NCBI GenBank assembly: GCA_020891255.1
Contig: BQFW01000006.1
Span: forward strand, 682,001-746,000
DNA: 64,000 nt
Reading direction: 5' to 3'
Source: Entomortierella parvispora E1425
Lineage: Eukaryota > Fungi > Mortierellomycota
In this document: positions 1 to 12,910 of the stretch, piece by piece
Layout of the letters: every line of letters starts with the position of its first letter
Numbering within the stretch: the stretch's first letter is position 1
Notes under the pieces: generated by a model
Databases searched by the model: none
What the model was told of the DNA's origin: nothing
What the model saw: the letters and a program-made list of their open reading frames with translations, nothing else
Position numbers and translations under genes: made by a program

Positions 1-633
1 CCCTTCAAAGATGGAGCAGTCATGGACGAGGCCATACTCTTCCAGAGTGTGGCTATCGGTGGGTCCGTCCACTCGTTCTTTTTCCTCTACCTGCCTAAGA
101 AATTCTGAGCAGATGGGACGGAGTTTCTTTGTCAGTTGGCGGTCATACAAAAAAAAAAAAAAAAAAAAAAAAAGAAAGAAAGAGAAAAAAAGAAAAAAGA
201 GTTGGTGGCGTTTGTCAGATCATCATCATCACTCTACCCACATAGTCTCTGGAATGGTATCGACAGAGCTCCTTGACGGTCGCACGACGCGGAGCAATGA
301 CGGTTAGATCGCGTAGCCGAAGTAGACCATAGGCGTCGATCAGGGTATGGACAGCCTTGGACTATTGCGTGATGCACGGCATCAATAGCAAGGACAACAA
401 GGTGAAGAGAGACGGTGTGGGTGAGTGGGTCAGCCAGACAGGAGCCGCGTGGCATTGGCACAGCGATAAGCCCATACGCGGTTGAGATTGGACGGCAGGT
501 GTGAGCACAGCGCAGCATAGTCCTTGCTGTAGATGTAGGCCACGCGTGCATGTGTGTGTGCATGTGTGTGTGCATGTGTTGATGTTGGCTTGGGAGAGGA
601 GGGAGTCGAGGAAGAAGAAGAAGATGCACTCAT
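1..633 (-). CDS. Class I histone deacetylase, HDAC8/Hos1-like (5' part; runs off the left edge). Exons 633-478, 361-238, 104-<1
   Basis: Manual splicing at GT/AG gives ...RVAYIYSKDYAALCSHLPSNLNR|SKAVHTLIDAYGLLRLRDLTVIAPRRATVKELCRYHSRDYV|EFLRQV...EEYGLVHDCSIFEG. This parallels HDAC8 (VYIYS..Y..C...R...VHSLI.AY.L...FH...Y; EYGL..DC). Intron phases are consistent (0, 1). Confidence 0.88.
546..580. repeat. (GTGTGTGCAT)x3 minisatellite, coding for THAH repeats in the HDAC N-terminus
   Basis: Directly visible; lies in HDAC exon 1 on the minus strand. Confidence 0.85.
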
Positions 634-1049
634 GGCAACGACATGCATGCAGATCTGTGTGTATGTGCGTAGAGTGTAGTGTGCGTGGTAAATAGAGAGA
701 GACAGGGGAAAGCGGGCAAGAAGTGAAAGTCAAGTGACCCAGAGGGAACAAAAGGCACGAATGGCACGCATGCATGCCATGCAATGCATGTCCCTCATTC
801 TTTCTCTCTTTCGTTCATGCTGCTTCATTCCTTCGTGCATTCCTTCAACTCTCCCCCTTGCACCCCCCCCTCTCTATCTCCTTCTCTCTATCTCTCTCGT
901 CTCTTGCCTCTCCTCTCCTAACTAGCAAAGGTACACGGCGAGACCCCTGCTCGCCTCCTTCCTCCTCCCCGCAGTGTTACGCGTCTAACCCTCGTCTTCC
1001 TTATCTTCGTGGCTCATAGCCATCCTCCATCTCTTTATCAAGGAATACC

Positions 1050-4000
1050 ATGGACCGCGACAGGGACCAGGACACCCTGGATCAAGGGTCTTCCTACCCG
1101 CCCTTGCCCTTGCCTCCGCTGCCCTCTTCAACATCCGCCTACGCATTCCAGCCCTCCGCTCCGCCCTCTGCGCCACTACCCGCGCCAACGTCTTGGCACG
1201 CCGCTTCCTTCAACCCTTCGGGCCCTGATCTTCAGCCAGACCGACTCTTGACCGAGCCCTCCGCGCCTGTATTCTACCCAGATCCAGATCAGTTCGCAAC
1301 AGAGAGTGTGTCCTACCCTCATTATGCCCTGTCTCCCTCTTCTCCCTCTTCTCCCTCCACCTCCAGGCATTACCGCTCGGAGAAGGACCAGTATCAGGAC
1401 CAGTACCAGGACCAGGATCGCGTTGTTTACCCACAGCTGAGGTCGGTTCAACTCGACCTCTCCAATAATCACCTCATCCCCAACTCACAGCTTCAGGAGG
1501 TCTACCAAAACGATTTTCTCAGGAACCTACCCAGGCGTCTCTCCAAGATCGAACACAGCTCCGAGGCGGCACTGTCCTCCACAGGGCCGCATGGCGCAGA
1601 GATGCAGGATTTCGTTGCAAAGATGCGCTCCTTCGAAACGGCCTACGAAGCCGTTCAGCAATGTCGCCTCGCCTTGTTTAATCTGGAGAGAAAGGCAAAA
1701 GGGTACGCCAGCAAGCTGTGGACGGTCCAGTCGAAATCAGAGGTGGCCAAGGCGACCTGTGGCGACGGCGCAACCATGTCTCATACTTATACATACCAAT
1801 ACGGCCACCACGAACCCGAGGTGGCAGTCAAGCTGCAAAAATCTTTGAATCGACTTTTCAAGCAAAGGACAAAGTACCTCATTCGGATGCAGTTTGAGGA
1901 GACATCATGCAAGCTTTGGATCCAGGATCATCTGTCGTCCTATCTGAGTACTATCAAGAACAGGGAGCACTACTCTGAAAGCGACTTGGGGCGGATCACG
2001 AATTACTTGGATATTCTCTTTAGTTTTGAGAGATCAGCCCGTCGACAGCCGGATTTCGACAGCTTGGCAGAGGAGCATGCTCTGGCGAGAATCAAGTCTC
2101 CGGATCCTTCGACACCTGAAAATGATGATGAGGCAGCTCTCGAAGAGGATGAAGCTGGAAGACCGACTAATGCCATCTTTCAGTCTATCCACGACTGGAT
2201 CGTATTAATGGCTGCCCCACTCTTGCACCGAGGCAGCTTCAAGGAGGCAGAGTACCTTGTCATTCAGGTACTGCGCTCTCGCCGAGTCTCGACATGGGGC
2301 ATCCAGTTAATTCAGTGTAGCATCCCAGCGAAATGGTCCAGTGCCTACCAAGAGTACTATCTGACTGTCTTACAACTCGTCCTCTGCGGAGCTTCGCTGC
2401 CAAAAGCTCGACTCGCCGACGTACCAGAGTCCGGCCACGGGACTGGCCCATCATTGGAGCTTTGCTCAGGACTGGGCGAGGCAGACTATTTAGCGATTCT
2501 GGATCAGATGGACATTGCCCCCTTCTTGAACCAGCTTTTGTTGGAGCACAAGGATATGCACAGTCATATCAGTACTCTCTTCCAGACCAATGTCTCGAAA
2601 CAAAAGATGTTTCGGCTCTTTGCAGCCACACGTCATTTGTTTGATGTGCTTTTCAATGGACTTGAAAGACTGACAACGTTTGGAGTGGCATCGCGACGGT
2701 TGGCTCAGTTGATTTGCCAGTTAACTCGAATACTGGGTGACCATTTGCTCGTCTTGGGGCCACTCTCTTCCGATATTCGACAAAACACCTGCAACTCTTC
2801 AGCAAGGCAAGTGTACCCAGCTTTATCCTTGTCAAGGCCGTTCGTAAGCACGGACTTCATTCTAACAAATGTATTTACATTGCCCGGATATAGTCCTTCT
2901 GCCACCATTCAAAGCGAGCTGGACCACATTCTGCAGCAAGTGCTAAGGGCTATACTGGAGTTGCCAGGACACGGATTATGGACTTTTTTGCCATCTCTGC
3001 CTCTCAAATCACTGTCCACTGAAAGGGTGGCGCTCTTCGTAGAGGAAATTGCTTTGGACAAAATTCAGGACCGACTCGATGACCCAGCTTCCTTATTTGC
3101 CATGGATCCAGAAAACAACAGACTGCGGTATATGCTGAGCAAAAGCCCCGATGAATCCGTGTTTCTCGTCACAGCCCTCGCAAATATGGCCACGACTCGA
3201 GATTTTTCAAGCACGATGTTATCATCAGACGACAGATCTTTCTCGCTGGAGGAGAGGGTGGCGATGGTGATCACATTTTTAATCTTGGACGTGGCATACC
3301 TGGACAAGGATACCCGAGATGAGCTGTCCAAGCCGGCGCGCGAGATTATTAGTTCCATGTGCGAGGTCCACCCCCCGCTGATATCGTTTGTTTTGGGATT
3401 TGTCCAGAGGCATTTCAGGGACATTGGATCTGTGGCTCAATACTTGTTCCGGGAACTGCCACTGACAGGATGGAGGATGACCCGAACAGACATCAATATC
3501 TTGACACAATTGCTGGAGACGACGCCGTTGAATTCAGTCGAATCTCTTTTTGCCCGCTCTGTGTTTAGTTCAATACCATGGTCCAAAGGTATGTCGTCAC
3601 GCCTTTTTTTTCTTGAACTCTGGAGGGACAAAATTCTACCGATTTTGTTAACACAATCTATCTATCGCTTTCTACTTCGGATAAACAGCCGCTATGGAAG
3701 ATCTTGGAGTCAGTCGTGTTCACAAAGTTGCTATGGATCACTACAGAGTTGAGTTGGCACTCACGATGGCAGAAATTTGCTCAAAGTACACAAAAAGCAC
3801 CAATATTCCACATGCCGAGGAAACTACAGACTCTTTGCTGCAATCCAATCCAACCCCAACCTCATCCTCTCCGGCGACTTCTCCACCATCTTCAGCTTCT
3901 CGGACCAAATCTTTTGACCAAAAATCTACCCAGGTGCTCGCCCCTTCGTCCTTTGCATCAAATCTACCGTATGCTATCACGCATATTGCAGCCAACTCGG

Positions 4001-7000
4001 GTCTACAACTGCTGTCCGCTCCCGCCCTCTCGATCATGAAGGAATTCATGGACTGGTGTTGGACTATGGTGGTCGAGTTGGAGTTGACGACGGTTGAACC
4101 ACTTTCTCGGGTTGCATCCTCTCGATTGCACGTTCAGGATCCTGGGTTGGCCAAAAACCACTACCTTGGTCAACAAACATTCGTGAACGTGGTACATATG
4201 CTGTTGACAGAAACTTGTCGTCACTCTGAGAAGTTTTTAAAGGACGGCTGGACAGTTCTTTCGTCCGTGCTTCAGACGGGAACGGGGCTTGCATTCTTGA
4301 AGCTGGCTGCGACCTTGATTCCCCCCGTCATGGCGACCCCCAAGGACGAGATGGCGCACCATACAGCAAAGTTTGGAGCGCTTCTGCGAGAGATAGCAGG
4401 GAACAAACAGGACCCAATGCTATCAGCTGCCGGTGCAAAGCTGGCAGAGGAGCAGGAGTTGGACATATCGAAAATTCTGAAGGAATCCGTGGCGTTTTGG
4501 GTCTTGTTGCACCGTCATATTGATCTTCGAAATGGCTCTACAGCTTTTCAGGCGAATGCAGCAACAAAGCCGGCATCGTCTACATCCACAAAAGCAGTGT
4601 CATCTAGTCTCTCTAAGGAAACCCTCCAGTTTTGGATGTCGGCCATCTTCTCACAAAAGGATTGGATGGCTCATCAAGAGAGTGTTCAGGTCATGGACGT
4701 GATTTGTCATTTCTGCTTTAATCTCGGACTTGACTCCTTCATCCAAGATGCTCTGACCGAACAACAAATCCTCCTGTCGATTGAATTTCGACGCGCGCCT
4801 GGCATGTCCGCGGAATTGATAGGACTTGCACAGCCAGGACTGGACAAGGTCATGGACATGTTGCCGGAACGATTCTCGAGAGCGCTACCAGTGCCCCAGG
4901 GAAGCAACGACCCGAGTTTGCTCATGGGAACGTGGACGATGCGAACATTTGCGACCCATTTGTTGACACAGCAGGCCATGGTCGAGTCGAGTTTTATTTG
5001 GTTTGCCTACTATGCACTCTTGGTTGAGACCAGCCTGGAAAAGGACATGCGACTCAAAATTGGACACTATTATCATCAGCATCCTCCTCCAGCACCATCA
5101 TCGTCATCAAAGTCCGGAGGCACGAGTAAGGCCACCACAGGGAATCTGAACATCAAGACAGTAATGAAAACCTTGGGGATCACCAACCGCAAAACACTTC
5201 ACAATTTCGCGATTTGGCGATGGGCCCAGCATTTATTGATCCTTCCCATGGACACGATATTGCTGCCGCTCTATTGGCAAATGTTCTTTTACCTCTATTT
5301 CGGACATGGGGAGCAACGGGATATCTTTTACGGATACAAGTTTCTTGAGGACCAACCTGATTTAGTGGAGCAACTCAAGGAGCAACTCCTGAAGACGTAC
5401 ACCTTTTTCGGGCAAGAGGCTCGGAAAGCCCTGCAAAAGGCTGAACTCGGTCGGGCTGAGCAGCTCACGACTCTGCACGAGTTTTATATCGCTCTTTATT
5501 ACTGGATCGGCGAGCCTGTGCTGTTGACATCTGAAATTGATCTGAAGAGAATCCGGAAGGATTTACAGCTGGAACGACTGGTGTCTTGCAGACTGCCGGA
5601 TCCGATGGAGTGCAGTCCGGATCTTTGGAGAGACCTACTCATGCTGGATCCTCCTAGCAGTCCGTCAGCAGCGATGGATACCCCTTTGTCCTCTCCCAGG
5701 AAATCCAGTCATTCTCAGGATCAATCGCGAGCAGCAGCGCGGAAACATGGTCAAGCATGGCACGAGCGAAAGATTAGCCATTCTCTCGACCGACTCGCCA
5801 AACCAGCCCCCGATATTGTAGTGCCACGCGCCTTGTTGCCTCCGGTGACTATCGATAACTACTCCACGGCTAGTGCACAAGGTCTCTTTGGTCCCACTGT
5901 GCGATCGATACAGGGCTATGGCAAGGGATACCATGATATTTGTACTGCTCATCAAAACTTGGATGATTTCTACCTAAAGGATCTGGGCACACTTTACCAC
6001 AACGAAATCAAGACCTCAAAGCTTGAAGTCGCCTGTGACACCACACCAAACGCGCTTTGCAAGAGTCCAGCCGTAATCGAGCTTCGGTATGAGGCCATTG
6101 TTCTGAACGAAGGGGTGAGGGATTCGATCCTTGAGAACCGCGAACGAGCAAGGGCTCTTCGACTCGGACATGCGGAGCAAGGGCTTTGTCTTGCAGCTCT
6201 AGAGGTCACAAAGCTGGCAGAAGCACTCTTCAAGTGGGTTGAGGCGGAGAAGAATGGAAGCATCGGTGGTGGTCGACGGGAACAGGACAGTGGGGTGAAT
6301 CGTACAGCGGAAAGACTAGCCATCGACAGCTTTTATTTTCTGGTTCAGGAATTGATGGAGGGTGCCAAGATTTATCCGCCGGTCCACATCCTTTTGACGT
6401 CTTTGGTACGAACGCTGGGCATGGAAGTCGTGGCAAAGGACCCTGCCCAGACAGAACCCATCCTGGACCGAATGCAGGCAGACGATTTCGCCATCTCGTT
6501 GTTGGTCGGGACTTTTTATCCGGCCGCTGCAAAGCCCACGTCAGAGTTTGTTCGACTTTACGAAAGGATTGCAACCAACAAAGAGTACAGTCTGACCTCC
6601 AAGGATCGTCTCTTGCGACAATTTGATGTCCAGACTTGGGCTCTAGATTCAGAGCACTCTTCACAACCCCCAACCGTCCAGGATCGACTTTCGTTCTACA
6701 GGGCCGCGTTTACGGCCATGGTGGCTCAGCAGCAGCTCCAGCGGCAGGATGATCAGATACAAGAGTCGACAGAGTTGAGCACGCGCGACCGATTGGCCAT
6801 CATCAAGTCCCATCGAGAACTTGCTGGTACTTTATTCCTGAACTTTTTGCAGCAGGATTATATCGAGTACCTGAGAATCCTGTTGGACACCTGCGCCATC
6901 ATGTGCCTTGAACCAGAGGTCCTTGAGGATTTTATTCGAATCTTGGGGGTTGAACCTCGTTACGTCCCTGTTTTGCTGGACGGGGCCGATGTCTCTGCTG

Positions 7001-10000
7001 GAATGTCTGTAGAAGCAGGATCTGGCCCTGGCGCAGCCAACGATGGCGGAGGAGGCGTGGATCTTGGAGGCAGGACAACACGTATTAGTCTCTCGGATTA
7101 TGATTTCGACTGTCTAGTCCAATTCCTGTCGCGTTATTTCAGAGACTGTCAGGAGCGAATGAACCGAGGCAACTTGTTGGATCGGTACAGTGGCTACGCT
7201 GTCTCAATCGCGTCCTTGTTGACCGTTATCCTCTGTGACGAACGCTACTTTTCAAAATGGATGGATCCTTCCTCCCTGCCAGGACAGGGATTCGATTATG
7301 GAAAGGGATTCCCATACACCAGCAACACTAATCAGACAACGTCGTCGACTCGGACCAGTGAGAAGCTATGGAGAGATATTCAGTCCTTGTTCCGACCATG
7401 GCTTTCTTGTCTCACAGACCGCGCATCGGACGAAACTCGATTCCAAAGACAGCAAGGAGGAGCGAGTCGATTGCTCTTTGTCTTTGTAGGCCTAGTATCC
7501 AAGATGATCGTGGCCGTTGAGCATCACCACTATTACGGTACAGCAGCAGAGGATTCTGGGGAACACCCAAGCAGTTTCTTGGTTGGGAAGGTGTTTGATT
7601 TCTACCTGGACCTGATATCGGAGAGTGCACAACTGCGTCCACAGGGAGGAAGCTCATCGAACATCAACCAGCTCATGCTTCTACACCAGCAGTTTCATCG
7701 GCTTCCCTGGAAGGGCCTTCGACTTTCCCGAGAGGCAGTGGATCGAATCGTGGAGGTGCAGTCGACAGTGTCGTCCATTGAAGTTCGAACAGAGTTTTGG
7801 ACCTATATGATCCTTGTTGTCATGGAGAAGGCAGGCTCTGATCTCCGACCATGGTCGCACCAAAAGCCCATACCTCGTGGACAGGCTCTTGGCTTTGAAC
7901 AACAGTTTGAGCAAGCAGAGGACGCAAAGGAGATGCGCGTGGTCGAGGCTGCTTTCTTGAGGCTAGGATTAACGGCTCTCCAGGACGTGGACAGGGTGGT
8001 AGGAGATGATTCTGACCTTCGACAGCAGTTTCTGAGTCGTTTGTGGACAACTGTCTTTGAAGCTGGCGCTCCATGGGACTGGCTCTCGACCGAGGACATT
8101 CAGTTCTTTGCGGACTCGCTTACCTTGCAGTGGGAGCGGACTGGATATTGGGATGATGTTGCCAGCTCCATGGGCCTCACTCTTTACTGGATGAGGGTTG
8201 CTGTAGGACTGGAGAGGAGTATTAGTAGTGAGGAAGAGGACAAATATCCATCATCTCAGATTGCTGCAGGGGGGACGGCCAGCTCTAACTGTGGGCCTGA
8301 TCCAAAGAGAGTGCTGATCTACTTCGGTTACGTACTCCAATTGCTCCAAACCCGACTCTCTTCCTCAGCCCAAGACTCTCTCAACAAAAACTTTTGCCTG
8401 GACGCCATTCCTAGTGTTGTGGTTCACCTGGGGCTTGTCCTGGACAGGGTATCGGGCGACCCAACCGAGACAAGGCACCCAGTGATCTACAGCGCCTTGC
8501 AGATGCTCATTGGGACGTTGAACAAGTGCGGAGGGAACCCGACCGGGTCAGGAATGCAACTGACGCTCTCAGGTGCCATCACAGGACAGACCACTTTCTC
8601 TCATCAGCAGCCATTCACCAAAGTCCTGCAGGGTCTTCAACAGATGATCTCGAATCTCCAAGTGATCCAGCTGGACCTGATCCGAGCAGTTTCTCAGAAA
8701 CTCAACTCTGTACCAGTGATGGTCCTTTTGCTGGAGGCTGCGATTGAGCGAGAGTTTGAACTTTGGGGTGTGGAGCATCAGCCGAGATCTATGGCTCTGT
8801 CCATGACGGGGTCCGTCAATTTAGGAGGCAGCTTCAGTGGAGGCGGCGCGTTATCTGGTTCCGTCTTTGGATTGGAGGAGACAACGTTACAGTCCATGTC
8901 GCCGATTCCTCAGCTAGGTCATATGATGAGGACATTTCAAAGTCATCAGAATCCATCGAGTCTGGACGACTTGCAGCAACGTCCACAACATCAGGAACAA
9001 ATCTATGCGCGAAATTCTTGGAAGAGGATTCAGTCTCAGCTGGAAACACCCGAGTTGAGTGAGGACGAGTTTATTGAGGAGGGTCAGAGGATGGGTGCGG
9101 TTCTGACCTTGTATGGTCGGTACTTGCAGCTGTTGGAAGGACCCTCGTCGCCCAGCCTTGGCGGGATCGGGGATGATGATGACGGAGTGGACATGGAGGA
9201 TATTCATCAGACGTTTGACGAGATTCTAGAGCTGGGACAGGAATTGGCCGAGGTCATCAGCAAGGTGGACCTGTTTGCCCCTGAGGATGCCTCGGATGAG
9301 GAGGTCCACAAGAAGAAAGCCAAGGGCTATCAGGCACTGTTGCTGGTGAGGATGTTTTTGACCCTGGTTGCGAAAGAGTCAGTCCACAGGTATGTCCTCG
9401 ATTGTCCGTTGTTTTTATTTTCATTCTTATTCTCATTCTTATTCACACTCTGTTTTGTTTTCTTCTCTAGTGTTGTTCAAAGTCGATTCCTGGGTTCAGT
9501 GATGCAAGTTTGTAGGACATTGGAACTCTGGTGCCAGGATACTCGGGATTGGTCCAAGAAGGGAGTCCTGAGCTCGCTCGGCATCGGCACCCACCGCGTA
9601 CGAACGCTCGACCCTCGATTTCGACTCGTGACCCGGATCATTTACACCTATATGGTCGTTCGACTGGGAGACAAGGGAATTTCCATCCACCAGACTGCAG
9701 CTGGTCGTGGCACCAATGGCGGTGGCGGCGGAGTGTTGGCTTGGCGAAAGGGGCGTTCACCAAGCACCGATGGCTCTTCAAAGCCAGGAGACCCTACCTC
9801 TTCGTCAAATCGAGGGGGCAGTGGAAAGGACGCGAATTTGGCGCTGATTGAGACTCTAGCTCAATTACCAACAAAGAACAAGGAGTATGCCGCGATCTTT
9901 GTCAAGTCCAACGCGACCTCTACCTCGGCTGCCTCTTCATCGACCGCCCTCGTACCTGCGGCCGGTATCTTGACGGGAAGGTCGTCACCAGGAGTCGTGA

Positions 10001-10659
10001 CAGCAGCGGCGGCCACAGTGGCGTCGGCCGCTATGGCCATTCCTGTGCGATTGATCGCATCTTCAGTTTCTCTGTCGTCTTCGTTGTCCATGTCGCCTCT
10101 ACCGCCGCCTACTTCTTCTGCAATCCCGACTTCATCGTCTCCAACGGCCATGGCCTCCTCACCGCCGCTTCGAACCTGGTCGTCCTCGGTCCCAGTCCTG
10201 AATGGTTTTGGCAGCCCACGTCACAGTACCAGCAACGTTAATAACAGGGGCAAGAGGCTGTCAATGCAGGGTCCGCACTCACGGTTCTCTATTAGCAGCT
10301 GGGACGAGGGCTCGGGAGCCATCTTTGCACTGGATGAAGAGCGTCAAGAGCCCCATGGCGGCCACGGTCGACAAGGCAGCAGTAGTAGTCTCGGCAGTAT
10401 TGGCCATGGCTTCAACCCACTGCTGCCACCCCTCCCACCCTCGAGTGCTTGGCGACGTGAACGACATAGATCCAGGACGGTCTCGCTCTCTCAGCAACAA
10501 CAACCTGGATCTCATCTGGAGGGTACCAAGAATGGTTTAGCGGATCTGGAATGGGCTGTGGAGCAGATCCGAGATCGACGGTTCCGCATCCTGGAAGCCG
10601 TTGAGATCTTGACTGAGGTGTTGGATCGATTCTATGAGCGGGATCCCTTCCTTGCCTAG
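1050..10659 (+). CDS. EPG5: Ectopic P granules protein 5 (EPG5) homologue, about 3140 aa. Exons 1050-3588, 3689-9389, 9471-10659
   Basis: Intron 3589-3688 (GTATGT...AACAG) joins the 900-aa and 2321-aa ORFs in frame. Intron 9390-9470 is GTATGT...CTCTAG. Motif LLPLYWQMFFYLYF...YGYKFL resembles animal EPG5 LLPLIWQKFFLLYL...IGRRFF. Very large all-helical protein. Confidence 0.8.
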
Positions 10660-10955
10660 AACGTACCTCCACTATGAAGGAAACGTCAAAAAAAAAAAAA
10701 AAAAAAAAAAAACTCCATAACAAAAAATGAAATAAATTGTAACGGATGCTAGAGTATGAACAATGAACGACATCGCCTGTCAGCAAGAAAGGGAGAAACG
10801 GAGCCGCGAATTGTGGTAGGGTATAGATTTTATTCGAATGGTGTTGCACGTCATTGTGTTCCCCAAGCTCATTGTGGTCAGAGGCATTCGCCCGATGTCC
10901 GAACACTGCATCCGCTCTCGGAAGCGGAGCACTTTCCGATGAGTACCGCCGTTGT

Positions 10956-12593
10956 TTAGGGAACAAGCACTGCTTGGATCATCACAGGGTAGCTAGCGAC
11001 ATATGGGAAACGTTGCCTGAACTCGGCCGTCGAAGCCCGGAAGCAGCGCTTGTAGGCCTGCAAGGCCAATCCAATGTTGGTCCTGGCGAGGTCAACCTTT
11101 CTCATCAATATGGCAGTTTCTGTCGCCGCCATGTACACCTGGATCGTCATCTCCATGCCAGGTTCAAACTCTCGCAGAGCCATCAAGAGCTTGAACAGCA
11201 TGCGCAGGGCCTGCTCTGGATTGGAATCCATCAGTTTCTCGGCACGCATGAAAAGAGGCCCCCGGAGCAAATACGTATCCTGGTGGTCAAGGCGATCAAA
11301 CCTGCTAACCTCTGGATTGCCAGTGCTCGCGTGGATGACTTGCTCGCGGGCAACGCAGCTCGCGCAGGCACAGACAAAGTAGCGCTTCTGTCCACGCAGA
11401 CCAAAGGTCCGAGGGGCCTGCTCTGCGTCAATATCAAAGTACTTTGTGGTGAGCTCTGTACCGGCGGGGACATTGTGCCTGGCATAGACGTACATCATAT
11501 CGTCCACGACACACATGTAGGTGTTGGGCGCACAATTGTGGTTCATCTTGGACGCCAATTTCCACAATCCACTCCGACCTCCTTTTTCGTTTTCGCCTTG
11601 GCTGTTCAATCGCGGGCGGGTGGAAGACGCCTTGTGCTCATCTGACGTTCTATACCCGAATGAGTTGGACTCGACGACTTGGTGAATGTTGATCAGCATG
11701 GACGCGTCCGGATCCGAATTCGCAGGGAAGAGCCGAGAGACGACCGTCGAATAGACCAAGCCGCCTGAACAGTGATCGAGAAACACCAGGTTCTCGTACA
11801 AGGCGTAGGTATTGATGTCGCTGAGCGAACGCTTGCCCATCTCGAAGGCGTGCCCGAGTCGGCCCTCTGCAGCGACCATGACCTTCTCCACAAACACCAG
11901 CGCGTCTTTCTTGATGGCGGTTTTGGAATAGAGTCCTTCTCCAAAGGCCGACGAGCGGACTTCCACGCCCGAGACACAGTCAGAACTGCACTTGCCCAAA
12001 CCAGAAGGCAGGGTATCGGTGCAAGGTCTTTGCAACAGCGCGTCGACCTCTGCCTGGTATTTTGATTTGAAGTCGGGTGGGGCCGAGACGAACTGGATGT
12101 CGCTTGGGTTGTCCACTCGAATAAAGATGTTTGGGTTGTAATTGTTTTGCATCATCAGCATCATCGTCGTCACAGGATCCAGCGTGGCCTGCTTCAGGTA
12201 CGGCTCTCGGATTCGGATTTTCGCTCCCTTGGGCATGGCCCAGTCAAGATCTCGCAAGGTCTTGAGATAGGCGCGTGGTAGCCAGTTGTAGACCGACAGC
12301 TCGACGAACCCGGAGCTATCCTGCACGCACGTCAAGATGGCTGTCAATGCGGCAGGGAGGGTGGGAATTGTCACATCAATGTAGACACCCTTGTTGATGC
12401 CTGGGCGCAAGTCTTTTATTTTGCAGAGGACACACTCTTCCCATGGCGACCGAGGGGAAAGGCTCAAGAAATCGAGGGTTGTGGTGGTGGTGTGTATGGT
12501 ATTGGTGGCTGTGGCGGTTTGGAGGCTCCTATTGACGAGAATCTCGTCCAGGTCGTCGCGGATCTTCTTCAACTTGGACTGGATGGCGTACAT
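10956..12593 (-). CDS. Intronless SET-domain protein (SMYD-like) with N-terminal OB-fold-like domain, 545 aa
   Basis: SET motifs GEGLY, GLWKLASKMNHNCAPN, GTELTTKY and post-SET CACASC. N-terminal VQDSSG..LSVYN...IREPYLK...IRVDNPSDI is the pattern seen in fungal OB-TPR-SET proteins. First plausible ATG is at 12593 (the ORF track uses an upstream non-ATG start). Confidence 0.85.
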   Translation of the reverse strand: MYAIQSKLKKIRDDLDEILVNRSLQTATATNTIHTTTTTLDFLSLSPRSPWEECVLCKIKDLRPGINKGVYIDVTIPTLPAALTAILTCVQDSSGFVELSVYNWLPRAYLKTLRDLDWAMPKGAKIRIREPYLKQATLDPVTTMMLMMQNNYNPNIFIRVDNPSDIQFVSAPPDFKSKYQAEVDALLQRPCTDTLPSGLGKCSSDCVSGVEVRSSAFGEGLYSKTAIKKDALVFVEKVMVAAEGRLGHAFEMGKRSLSDINTYALYENLVFLDHCSGGLVYSTVVSRLFPANSDPDASMLINIHQVVESNSFGYRTSDEHKASSTRPRLNSQGENEKGGRSGLWKLASKMNHNCAPNTYMCVVDDMMYVYARHNVPAGTELTTKYFDIDAEQAPRTFGLRGQKRYFVCACASCVAREQVIHASTGNPEVSRFDRLDHQDTYLLRGPLFMRAEKLMDSNPEQALRMLFKLLMALREFEPGMEMTIQVYMAATETAILMRKVDLARTNIGLALQAYKRCFRASTAEFRQRFPYVASYPVMIQAVLVP

Positions 12594-12910
12594 TGCTGTG
12601 TTGTAGCGGGGAGTGGTGTGTGAAGGAAGAGAGGTAGAGAGGCAGTGTTTTGCAAGAATGGAGAAACAAACAACATGACACTCATTGCCCGACAGATGAT
12701 CCTTAGCGAAGTGGAGCATCCATCAGCCCTATCATTCATAAGGCAAAGCAAAGGCAAAGTAAAAAAATTGAGTCGAGGGGGGGGGGGGGAGGGAGAATTC
12801 AGTTGACATTGTTGTTCTTCCTCCCTCACCGCACACCCCACTCCGCCTTCCCATTCTTACCCCACTTTTATTCTTCATATTCTTGTATCCTTGGATTCAT
12901 TGATCAGGTC

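Noticed and set aside
10854-11645. 263-aa plus-strand ORF
   Set aside because: Antisense to the GC-rich SET gene; a shadow ORF.
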